A DNA stretch of 64,000 nt from an uncultured Clostridia bacterium. GTDB taxonomy: Bacteria > Bacillota > Clostridia > Christensenellales > UBA1242. The position numbers and the translations under genes were made by a program. The notes under the pieces were generated by a model. That model searched no databases. It was not told the DNA's origin and saw nothing but the letters and a program-made list of their open reading frames with translations. Positions 12,403 to 20,406 of this stretch are shown here, piece after piece (positions within the stretch are counted from its first letter, which is position 1; each line of letters opens with the position of its first letter). The stretch lies in contig CALVTD010000001.1 in assembly GCA_944359935.1 (NCBI GenBank), forward strand, positions 14,432 to 78,431. The letters run 5' to 3'.

Positions 12403-12669
12403 ATGGCAAACATCAAATCGGCTAAAAAAAGAATTTTGGTTGCAGAAAAAAATCGTGATAAAAACAGAGCCATCAAATCAAAAATCAACACTTACACCAA
12501 AAAGTTTAAAACAGCGTTGGCTTCTGGTGATGTTGCACTCAGTGAAAAAGCATATAGTGAAGTTACATCTGTTCTTGACTCAGCAGTGGCAGATGGCGTT
12601 ATTCATGCAAACTGCGCTGCAAGAAGAAAATCAAGATTTGCGACCCAACTTGATAAAATTAGAAAATAA
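12403..12669 (+). CDS. rpsT: 30S ribosomal protein S20
   Basis: MANIKSAKKRILVAEKNRDKNRAIKSK; GGAGAAG RBS. Confidence 0.95.
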   Translation: MANIKSAKKRILVAEKNRDKNRAIKSKINTYTKKFKTALASGDVALSEKAYSEVTSVLDSAVADGVIHANCAARRKSRFATQLDKIRK

Positions 12670-12689
12670 CGCAAGTAAATAAAAAACAA

Positions 12690-12716
12690 AACCGAACAAA
12701 CTGTTCGGTTTTTTTA
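12690..12716. terminator. Bidirectional terminator between rpsT and the convergent 169-aa gene
   Basis: AACCGAACA/TGTTCGGTT hairpin flanked by an A-run and a T-run. Confidence 0.65.
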
Positions 12717-13223
12717 ATCTATGTTGATGCCGTGCCTTCTTAAAATTTCGCTTCCGGTTTCTCTTGCGCGCACTCTGGTTTCAAGATTGTATTCATACTC
12801 CTCTGCCGCAAGCGGGCTGCCTTTACGCTTTTTTGCCCCCTCTGTTTGCAAACGGATGGCTTCATCAGCCGCCTTTGAAATCACCTCAAAGTTTTCTTGG
12901 CTAAACTCTCCTTGCAAATTTTTAAGCCCATCAACGCCGTTTGTATAAACCTCTGCAACAACAGCCAGATACAAAGATTTGTCTGTTTTTTGATATTCCG
13001 CTGGCATCATGATTAGTGGTGCATCCAAATAAAACGGAGTTTTGTCATCACGCAATTTGTGCTCTTTAAAATCATACGCTACAACCACGTTATAACCCTT
13101 GCTGAACCTTGACAGAACCATCATTGACATTCCGTCTTTGTCAGGCAATGACAAACCTTTAATTTTTTTAATAAAAGTCTCGGTTAATGGTTGCTGTTTG
13201 ATAAGGTCGTTTTTTGTTGACAT
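12714..13223 (-). CDS. Hypothetical protein (169 aa), own promoter, function unknown
   Basis: GGAGGG RBS before MSTKND; TTGACT-17-TAAAAT upstream. It sits between two terminators, so it is transcribed separately from the phage-like operon. Confidence 0.4.
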   Translation of the reverse strand: MSTKNDLIKQQPLTETFIKKIKGLSLPDKDGMSMMVLSRFSKGYNVVVAYDFKEHKLRDDKTPFYLDAPLIMMPAEYQKTDKSLYLAVVAEVYTNGVDGLKNLQGEFSQENFEVISKAADEAIRLQTEGAKKRKGSPLAAEEYEYNLETRVRARETGSEILRRHGINID

Positions 13224-13280
13224 TTTGCCCTCCATGTTTAATTATTTTACCACAATTTAATATAAAAGTCAATAATGAAT

Positions 13281-13311
13281 AAAAAAAGAGGGCTTTTTTG
13301 CCCTCTTTTTG
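13281..13311 (-). terminator. Terminator ending the phage-like operon
   Basis: AGAGGGC-TTTTTT-GCCCTCT hairpin with flanking A and T runs, immediately after the holin stop. Confidence 0.65.
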
Positions 13312-13563
13312 TTAATTTTGCTCATCATCCTGCTTTTCTTCTGTCGCCTCGGCATCAGTTTGCGAAGAAGGGTCATCTTTTTTAGGCATTGTAACAACCC
13401 CCACTGCAACCAAAACCCCTGCGATGCTCATCACAATGTCGGCAATGGTTTCACCTTCAACATTGACGCTGAAAATTTTGCCAATCGCACTGCCAAGCAT
13501 CGCAAGAGCACCCGCAAGCGCCGTCCAAAAACTATATGAGCATATCAATTTTTTTATCTTCAT
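13312..13563 (-). CDS. Phage holin-like protein (two TM helices, acidic C-tail; phi-LC3/SPP1-type by pattern)
   Basis: SFWTALAGALAMLGSAIG ... IVMSIAGVLVAVGVV, followed by the tail DDPSSQTDAEATEEKQDDEQN. Confidence 0.55.
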   Translation of the reverse strand: MKIKKLICSYSFWTALAGALAMLGSAIGKIFSVNVEGETIADIVMSIAGVLVAVGVVTMPKKDDPSSQTDAEATEEKQDDEQN

Positions 13564-13786
13564 TTTTTCTTCTCCTTTTAGGAGTAACGATTTCTTTTAA
13601 ATATTCAACATCCTCTTTAATCTTCTCCACCACACCTATGTGCGCGGAAAGTTCATCGATGGTGTGCTGATACTTTTCCTCTCTTTTTTTGCTGTCTTTA
13701 AGTTGATAAACGAACAGCAGCACGAACAGAATTGCGAAAATGCCATTGCTGACAATCACGCTGACAATTTCCTGCCACAAATCCAT
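13532..13786 (-). CDS. BhlA/UviB-family holin-like protein
   Basis: Single N-terminal TM helix then LKDSKKREEKYQHTIDEL, matching the BhlA pattern (TM helix followed by K-x-RE-x-KY) as I remember it. Confidence 0.55.
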   Translation of the reverse strand: MDLWQEIVSVIVSNGIFAILFVLLFVYQLKDSKKREEKYQHTIDELSAHIGVVEKIKEDVEYLKEIVTPKRRRKNEDKKIDMLI

Positions 13787-14070
13787 TATTTTAACTCTTC
13801 AATAAGTTTGTCATAAAAAATGCCAAGTTCGCCTCGCAGTTGTGCGTTGGTTTGCACAAAACTCATTGCCACAGTTTTATCAAAATGCTTTAAAAATTCC
13901 ACTGTCGCCTCATATGCCTGCCTTTGTTTTTCAAGCAAACTAGAAGCAACCAAATTTTCACCACTATCATCCTGAACAATATCTTGCAATAAACTTTTCA
14001 TTTCCTGTTTTTCTCCTTTAATAAAAAGTCTTTTCAAAAATTTTGAAGAACCTCTGTCAAACATCTTCAC
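13786..14070 (-). CDS. Hypothetical phage-cluster protein (94 aa)
   Basis: GTG start overlaps the stop of the 489-aa ORF (GTGA); helical composition; no motif. Confidence 0.35.
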   Translation of the reverse strand: MKMFDRGSSKFLKRLFIKGEKQEMKSLLQDIVQDDSGENLVASSLLEKQRQAYEATVEFLKHFDKTVAMSFVQTNAQLRGELGIFYDKLIEELK

Positions 14071-15536
14071 GAGAAAACCTCAACTGTAATTTGCGGGCAT
14101 GAGATATGCGGAGCGGTTTGTTGGCAGTCAAAAGATAAGGAAAAGACTTTTCCAAAAACCCTCACTCTAAATCGTTGCGATAAGTCGCTGTCAGCAATTT
14201 GCAACTGCTGGCTTTGCGTTTCTGCGCTTATAGTAAGCGTGCCTTGGGTGTGCGGGCGAACAACCACCTCGGTTACGCATTTGTCATTGCCTGCATAACC
14301 AAAATCTGTTTGCGCGGAATTCCACTGCTTAGCAAGCGGAGTGCCGAAAAACAGTCCGTCATGGGTAAGTTGCCCAATAAGTCCCTTTTTCTCTCCCCTA
14401 AAAAGCGCACAAAGTTTTTTAACTTTTGGGGTTTGAATGGTAAATAATTGCCTGATGTCTATGCCACGCACAACCTCAAATTCTTCGGTTGTCATGTCGT
14501 AAACAACCATGGCGTTGTTGACATAAGTGCCGCTTTCACACCCCACCGTTTGGCTGTCGCCAAAGTCATATTTACACGCCAAGAAATATTTTCCGTCAAA
14601 GCAAACTCCGCTGCAATCGTTGTTGGCGTTTGCAGTCATGTTGGCAATAATTGGCAGTTCAATTTTTTCAACCCCGCTGCCTTTCAGCCTATACAGCCCA
14701 TCATCAGTGAAAAACATAATTTCTTCGCCGCTTTTAGCAATGGACTGCGGATAGATGTAAGAGGTGGAATGATAAATGTGCGTTTCTGCAACATCCGCGT
14801 TGGTGCTGTATAGCGACAACCTGGTTATGCCAAAATTGGTGAATAGATAAAGATAGTCTTTAAGCGCCACCAATTGCGTCATCCCTCCACGAATGTCTGG
14901 AAGTTCGGCAGTTTTCACATTGTCAAAGTTCCAAATGTCTATGCGTTGGCGGCTGTATTGAAGTTCATTGTTGTCGCCAATGGTAAGCAAAAACAGATAG
15001 GGGCCATACCAACACCCAGAAACAAACTTTGGAATATTTTCATATGTTTGAAAGCCAAGTCCGTTCAGCCCCACTGTTTGGTCGGCGCTGGAAGCAAAAA
15101 ACATGGTGTCGTTGTCGCTGTTAATTCTAAATGCCGCGCCGGTTGGAATTTCGGTGAAGGTGGCGTCGCTTTCATACATGAACTTGTCTTCATGAACATT
15201 GAAAAAATAGATTGTCATGTCCTGCGCCAAATAGAAAACATAATGTTTATCCTCGCCCGAATAACTTTCATACATCGGGAAATACCACGCCTTCAAAATT
15301 TCGGTTGCACCTATGTTAAAAGTGGTGTGCGCGTCACTTTGCGTCGAGGGTAAAGCAAGTTGTTCAAACCCATAACTAGGCGTCAGTGCACCTTTGCAAA
15401 AACTGAAATTATAACAATTTTTTGTTTGATTTATTTCAAGTTTTGCGTCATCTTCGCCCTTCCACTCGTCAAACTTATCAAATCGAACTTTTAAGGATTT
15501 GCTATCTTTGGTGGCAAAATTTTTTCTGTAAAACAT
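14067..15536 (-). CDS. Phage structural protein, unknown (candidate tail nozzle or distal neck protein; repeated beta-strand-rich segments)
   Basis: At 489 aa it is the largest post-capsid ORF. Aromatic-rich strand-like repeats (YLFLLT, YLYLFTNFGITRL, IMFFTDDGLYRL, KYFLACKY). The position matches the nozzle or tail gene of short-tailed phages. Function is inferred only. Confidence 0.4.
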   Translation of the reverse strand: MFYRKNFATKDSKSLKVRFDKFDEWKGEDDAKLEINQTKNCYNFSFCKGALTPSYGFEQLALPSTQSDAHTTFNIGATEILKAWYFPMYESYSGEDKHYVFYLAQDMTIYFFNVHEDKFMYESDATFTEIPTGAAFRINSDNDTMFFASSADQTVGLNGLGFQTYENIPKFVSGCWYGPYLFLLTIGDNNELQYSRQRIDIWNFDNVKTAELPDIRGGMTQLVALKDYLYLFTNFGITRLSLYSTNADVAETHIYHSTSYIYPQSIAKSGEEIMFFTDDGLYRLKGSGVEKIELPIIANMTANANNDCSGVCFDGKYFLACKYDFGDSQTVGCESGTYVNNAMVVYDMTTEEFEVVRGIDIRQLFTIQTPKVKKLCALFRGEKKGLIGQLTHDGLFFGTPLAKQWNSAQTDFGYAGNDKCVTEVVVRPHTQGTLTISAETQSQQLQIADSDLSQRFRVRVFGKVFSLSFDCQQTAPHISCPQITVEVFS

Positions 15537-15545
15537 AGCCCCTCC

Positions 15546-16097
15546 TTAATTTTTCCATTGTCTTTTTGGCAAAGTAAGCAAAGATTTTTTTCTAACAAAA
15601 CTAATCAGCGCATCTTTAAAACGCTTTTCATACAAAAGCGCCTCTTGTGAAAGCCCCTGCATAAACAGATACTCTCTTGCCGTGCCATACGCAAGCAGCC
15701 TTTCAGGAAAGATAACTTTTGCCTCATCGCCAAATTCAAACTTTTCTGGAACAATTTGATAAGTGATTTGCACCTGGCTTGCATTCACCTCAATATGGTC
15801 GGCTGATTGAGAATAAGCCAAATCTTTTCCGCCCTCGTCTTTAACGGCGATAATGCCACTGATTGGCTTAGAAAGCGCCGAAAAATTTATGATGCCCGAG
15901 TTTGCAGAAACAGTTTCTGTGAAAAGAATTGGCAGATATTCGGTGACAATTTCCTCATAAGCAAGGTTTAGACATGTAAGCATAGCGTCAAGTTTGGCAT
16001 TTTGAACATCATCGCCAGAAGTTGTGCCAACAAGCGATTTTAAGTCTTTTTCACCCAAAAAATCGCAACAAAGTTGAATTGTATCGTTAATTTTCAT
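15546..16097 (-). CDS. Phage structural protein, unknown (candidate head-tail adaptor)
   Basis: 183 aa, second gene after the capsid gene; AAGGAGG RBS; position-based inference only. Confidence 0.35.
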   Translation of the reverse strand: MKINDTIQLCCDFLGEKDLKSLVGTTSGDDVQNAKLDAMLTCLNLAYEEIVTEYLPILFTETVSANSGIINFSALSKPISGIIAVKDEGGKDLAYSQSADHIEVNASQVQITYQIVPEKFEFGDEAKVIFPERLLAYGTAREYLFMQGLSQEALLYEKRFKDALISFVRKKSLLTLPKRQWKN

Positions 16098-16408
16098 TTA
16101 AACACCTCTTTTAATTGCAAGACTGCATCTTTTATTTTGCCCTTTTCAAGCCTTTGATTTTGTGCATCCATCTCTCTAATAAGTTCGTCAAAATGCTCTT
16201 TGCGCGTTTTCCGTGCCAGAAAAATTGTTCGCGCGTCTAGCACCTCATATGGAATAGTCAGCGCATAAGTGCTGCCCCTTTGAGAGCGGTTGTGCAATTC
16301 AAAAACATTGCGCAAAGTGTTGTAGACAATAAAATAATTTTCGTCCACTTCCTTAATTCGACTTGCGATGTAGTAAGGGTCGCAGTCAAGCAAAATTTGG
16401 TTTTTCAT
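16094..16408 (-). CDS. Hypothetical phage-cluster protein (104 aa)
   Basis: First gene after the capsid gene; 4-nt overlap with the next ORF. Confidence 0.35.
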   Translation of the reverse strand: MKNQILLDCDPYYIASRIKEVDENYFIVYNTLRNVFELHNRSQRGSTYALTIPYEVLDARTIFLARKTRKEHFDELIREMDAQNQRLEKGKIKDAVLQLKEVFK

Positions 16409-16416
16409 TTTTTCTC

Positions 16417-16450
16417 CTTAAAAATCAAAGGGGCGAAAAACTCACCCCTT
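16417..16450 (-). terminator. Intra-operon hairpin plus U-tract directly after the capsid gene (probable partial terminator)
   Basis: Minus strand GGGGTGA-GTTTT-TCGCCCC followed by TTTGATTTTT; lies in the 49-nt gap after the capsid stop. Confidence 0.45.
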
Positions 16451-16457
16451 TTCATAA

Positions 16458-17690
16458 TTAACCTTGTGAATCTGTGCCAGAAGCAGTATCATCATCAGTT
16501 GTTGAAGCAACATCTGCTGGCAAGAAAGGATTTGTAACAGTTGACTTAATTTTGCTGATTTTTGCTTGTCCATTTGGTTTGTCGCATATAAGTTCAGCAT
16601 ATTTGACAAGTGTTGCAGTGTAAACTGGAAGGTTTGGAGTTTGTTTTAAAATTCTGCCATCCTCACCTTCAATCCATGTCCAATCGCAAAGTTCATGCAA
16701 AGTGAAGTCGTCTGTGTTAAGAAGATACATTGTGTCTTCATCCACAAATCTGTCAGCAACAAGCGGAATACCGTTGTGAGAAATTGCTTTAAAGCCGCCT
16801 TCAAGGTTCATGATGTCAATGTTCGTTCTGTAAGCGGTTAAGTATTGCTGATACGCCCTTCTTACCGCACTTGAACAAGCGATGAAGTTGATTCTTGAAT
16901 CAGCGTTCTCTTCCAAGAAATCAACAGCGGTTTGAATTAAGTTGTCGCTTATTTCTGTTTCAACACTTGAAGAATACGGTTTAAGCCATGGATAATCTGC
17001 TCTGGTAACCCCATAAAGAGTTGTGGAGTCGGAGAAGATTGCCCCAAGACCAGTGATGTCGTTATTTCTTGAAGATTGAACATATATGCCCATAGTTCCA
17101 CTTGAAATTGTCAAGTTTTTATCAATTGTGATTTGCTTGTTAACTCTGTCAACATACATTACTCTTGCTTTTGAAACTTGCAGAGCAGTGTTTTGATAGA
17201 TGTCTACCACCATGCCTTCAACCAGGTTGTTTACTTTATCACAGGTGATAACTTTGCCGCTGGATGCAGTTGCAGTTGCAAGCAATCCTGTGCCGTCACC
17301 ATAAAGCATTCTGCCAAGGTTGAATGCGCTGGCTTTAACAAGCCCTTCCATTTCATCTGTTAAAAGATTAACAAATGCGCCAATGTTGTTGGCAGAAGAG
17401 CGTACGGCCTTGTCGCTAAGTTCAATTTTGCCATAAAGGTTTTTAAGTGATGCCTTAAACTGAACATATTGGTTTTCAAATGCAGTTGGCAATGTTCCTG
17501 TTTCAGAGCCTGCACCAACACCGCCATTAAGGCCGTATGGAGCAAGTTTTATAATCTCCTTTCCCCAAATATCTTTGTTTGACCTTTTAATTTTGGCGTA
17601 AAGTGGGTTAACCGAAACATTAAGTTGATTTGCAACAACGCCCAAATAAACTGATTTCAGCGCGTTGTCAGCAGTTTCTAATGTAACCAT
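16458..17690 (-). CDS. Phage major capsid protein (HK97-fold type)
   Basis: 410 aa following the scaffold gene. The motif AFNLGRMLYGDGTGLLA resembles the conserved G-x-G-x-G-x-L segment of Phage_capsid family proteins. Strong GGAGGA RBS. Confidence 0.75.
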   Translation of the reverse strand: MVTLETADNALKSVYLGVVANQLNVSVNPLYAKIKRSNKDIWGKEIIKLAPYGLNGGVGAGSETGTLPTAFENQYVQFKASLKNLYGKIELSDKAVRSSANNIGAFVNLLTDEMEGLVKASAFNLGRMLYGDGTGLLATATASSGKVITCDKVNNLVEGMVVDIYQNTALQVSKARVMYVDRVNKQITIDKNLTISSGTMGIYVQSSRNNDITGLGAIFSDSTTLYGVTRADYPWLKPYSSSVETEISDNLIQTAVDFLEENADSRINFIACSSAVRRAYQQYLTAYRTNIDIMNLEGGFKAISHNGIPLVADRFVDEDTMYLLNTDDFTLHELCDWTWIEGEDGRILKQTPNLPVYTATLVKYAELICDKPNGQAKISKIKSTVTNPFLPADVASTTDDDTASGTDSQG

Positions 17691-17705
17691 AATTTCCTCC
17701 TTAAA

Positions 17706-18317
17706 TTAACTAAACATTTGCTCCACCAATTTTTTTGCGTCTTTAAGCGACGATGGAGTAACCGGCTTTTGCCCGGTTACTTTTTCACCATTGTCGCCGC
17801 TGATAATAAGTGGTGGATTTTTTGCATTTAGCATTCTCATGTAATTTTCAATGACATAATTTTTTAGTTCTTCATCATTTATTACATATTTTTTGATTAT
17901 AGGATTTTCAAGTTTTGACTCGTTTGTGTTAAGTTTGTCGACCAAAAGTTTTGCCCAAATCTCGTCAAAATTTGATTTTCCTCCGCCTTGCATACTCAAA
18001 TTTTTAAGTTGTTCGGCATAGTTTGTGGCATCGCTGTGCTTAGAAAGGAACTCGGCAAGTTCGCTGTCGATGGTTTTTTCGTCAGGAGTTGTTTGCGCAG
18101 GTTGTTGCTTTTCAAGTTCGCTAAGCCTCTGGCTTTTTCTTGTAAATTCTGCTTCCAGCGCCTTATATGCATCTAAGAGCGCCTCGGCAGACTTAAACTT
18201 TCCAAAGTCAGTGTGGTTTGAGGAGCCCTTTTCACTAGCGCCACTCTCACTATCTGTTGCCTGTGCAACCTCTGCCTGTTCCAAAGATGGTTGTTCCTCA
18301 AAAATTTCTTCTTGCAT
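17706..18317 (-). CDS. Phage scaffolding protein
   Basis: Acidic N-terminus and GKFKSAEALLDAYKALEAEFTRKSQRLSELEKQ, a motif typical of Firmicute phage scaffolds; lies between portal and capsid. Confidence 0.65.
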   Translation of the reverse strand: MQEEIFEEQPSLEQAEVAQATDSESGASEKGSSNHTDFGKFKSAEALLDAYKALEAEFTRKSQRLSELEKQQPAQTTPDEKTIDSELAEFLSKHSDATNYAEQLKNLSMQGGGKSNFDEIWAKLLVDKLNTNESKLENPIIKKYVINDEELKNYVIENYMRMLNAKNPPLIISGDNGEKVTGQKPVTPSSLKDAKKLVEQMFS

Positions 18318-20188
18318 TATTTAGCCTCCTTTTTCTCTTTAAGCATTTTCTTGTGCGCATTTATATGCTGCAAAAATCTTTGTTCCAAAGTGCTGTCTAA
18401 AAGCGACTGCTCTTCATAATCTCCACCAAGCATAAAGGCTATGTGCCTGTCGATGTGAAGTTCATGCTCGTCAATCTCGCTAACTTTAACTGGTTGGTTT
18501 TTGTATAGTTTAAGGTTTTCATTATCGGCTTTTTTGATGTGAAGTTCGTTGGTGTCCTGTGCGTTTTCCCAAATACCAAGCCCAAGCAGTTGCAGCGCCT
18601 TAACCTTCATTTTGGTGCTCATCTGGCCGTTTTCGTCATTCAAAAGCCCTGCATCAATCAGGTTGAACACCATCTGCCTGCGTTGCGATACACTTTCGCC
18701 TAAATCTGCTTGTGTTTCAAGTTCTATGTCATCGCTTGATATGTCGCTGGAATTGAAATAGAAAAGTTCCACTTCGCCGTTATCCCCAACAATTCTCGCA
18801 AGCCTTGGAATTATGGCAAACTGTTTGTATAAATTCAAAATCATCTGCGAAACGCTTTTCACGCAATCTTTCATGTTGTCTGCCGTGTTGTTGAGCCTAA
18901 GTTCATCCTGTTCAAGCATAAGTTCAAGCGCTGTGCCTGAAAGGTTGGACGAGGCCATACTGCTGTCAAAAACCTGATTTACTCCGCTGATGTCCTTAAA
19001 TTCGTTTAAAAGTTTGTCTTCTTCCTCTTCAAAACTTCCCGACAAATTTTCGCCATCCAAAAATTCTGGCGCGGTTGAGCCCTGCCTGTAAACCAAAATC
19101 TTGCCTGGGCACAGACCTTCATCTTCAAGGTTTTCAATGTCAATCGAGCCATCCTCAACAGTCAAAACTCCCATAGTGAGACGGTTCATAAACTCATGCT
19201 TTCTGTTTTTAACCGAGTTGTATGCGCGTTGCACTGGAATAAGCCTGTCAATCACGCTCACGCCCCAGAAAGAACTAACTTGATTGAGGGAAACCTGTTT
19301 AACAAATGGGAATGTTCTTGCCCCATCTGCGCCAATCTCGTATGGCAAGTCTCCATCAAAGAATAGATAGTCGCCAACCACAATTGTAAGCCTTCCATTT
19401 GGTCGCTCTGGGGATGGCTTTTCATATCTTTCAATAACAAGCGCGCTGTTGGTTTTAACCCCCTGACTGATTTTTGGAGCGGCAGATGAATATCCCAGCC
19501 CGCCAACGCCAACGCTTGTGGAAGACAGCGAGAAGATGTTGATGTCCTCGCCCTGCAAATCTATGTCATAACGGTTTTTAATTTCGCTCACATCCATCGC
19601 TCTTGCATGGATGATGCTTTGGCAAGCCTCCAAATTTTCACAGGTGAAACTGTCTGGATAAATTTCAAAAGGCGAGCAAACGGTAATCTCAACCTCACCA
19701 CTTCTAATTTGCTTGCCCTCTTCATCCTGTGCCACAACCTGCCCATGGGTCGGGTTCCATGTGATTTTATAAAAACTTGTGCCACAAATTTCGCTCCACT
19801 GCATAGCCTGAGTGATTTTTTTGTTAAGTTCAAGTTTGGCAGAGATGCTGTCTAGAATCTTTTTTGAAACTTTGGCAGCAAACACATCCTTTTCATCATT
19901 TGATGCTGGCAAAACTGTGGTGGTGGGTTTGATTTTGCCAAGTTTTGCAAGCCTTACATCCACAACTGGCGCGATATGGTTAAAAATTTCCCTCTCCTGC
20001 CAAAAATATTGTTTATCAAGGTCTTCAAGTTCGCCGCCATAGCCCACGCCGCAAAACTGATTGCCCATGTAAAAATTCATGTTCATAAGCCATTGCGTTT
20101 CAAAAGGCTTGCGCGCAAACTGCCTGGTGGCAAAATCGTCTTGAACAAATTTAACAATTTGCTCTTCCTGTTTAGTCATCTTTTTCAT
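18317..20188 (-). CDS. Phage portal protein
   Basis: 623 aa. N-terminal FETQWLMNMNFYMGNQF, central IPVQRAYNSVKNRKHEFMN, acidic helical C-terminus. Its stop shares 1 nt with the scaffold start. Confidence 0.8.
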   Translation of the reverse strand: MKKMTKQEEQIVKFVQDDFATRQFARKPFETQWLMNMNFYMGNQFCGVGYGGELEDLDKQYFWQEREIFNHIAPVVDVRLAKLGKIKPTTTVLPASNDEKDVFAAKVSKKILDSISAKLELNKKITQAMQWSEICGTSFYKITWNPTHGQVVAQDEEGKQIRSGEVEITVCSPFEIYPDSFTCENLEACQSIIHARAMDVSEIKNRYDIDLQGEDINIFSLSSTSVGVGGLGYSSAAPKISQGVKTNSALVIERYEKPSPERPNGRLTIVVGDYLFFDGDLPYEIGADGARTFPFVKQVSLNQVSSFWGVSVIDRLIPVQRAYNSVKNRKHEFMNRLTMGVLTVEDGSIDIENLEDEGLCPGKILVYRQGSTAPEFLDGENLSGSFEEEEDKLLNEFKDISGVNQVFDSSMASSNLSGTALELMLEQDELRLNNTADNMKDCVKSVSQMILNLYKQFAIIPRLARIVGDNGEVELFYFNSSDISSDDIELETQADLGESVSQRRQMVFNLIDAGLLNDENGQMSTKMKVKALQLLGLGIWENAQDTNELHIKKADNENLKLYKNQPVKVSEIDEHELHIDRHIAFMLGGDYEEQSLLDSTLEQRFLQHINAHKKMLKEKKEAK

Positions 20189-20406
20189 ACTTTCTCCTTT
20201 TTAAGTCGTTGTTTTAATTTGAATGGCGAAGTTGTGCCCTTAGGAACTTGAAGTTTTCCAATTTCCTCATACATGCCTTTTAAACAGTCGTTGCAAAAGG
20301 ATAATTCACGCTTGATTAGTCCTTTTGTGCTGAACGAATAATCGGCAAGGTTGTTGCAACCAATGAAATCACATTTGGTCGGTCTCTTGCACTTTTCTAT
20401 TTGCAT
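20185..20406 (-). CDS. Small Cys-rich (zinc-ribbon-like) protein
   Basis: CKRPTKCDFIGC ... FCNDC; ATGA overlap with the portal start. It occupies the slot where TerL normally sits. Confidence 0.4.
   Translation of the reverse strand: MQIEKCKRPTKCDFIGCNNLADYSFSTKGLIKRELSFCNDCLKGMYEEIGKLQVPKGTTSPFKLKQRLKKEKV

Noticed and set aside
12347-12682. 111-aa ORF overlapping rpsT in another frame.
   Set aside because: The rpsT frame is unambiguous (MANIKSAKKR...). The alternative frame starts inside the promoter and has no motif.
12714-13223. Whether the 169-aa gene belongs to the phage-like cluster.
   Set aside because: A strong terminator separates it from the cluster and it has its own promoter. 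It shows no phage motif, so it is kept as an independent hypothetical gene.
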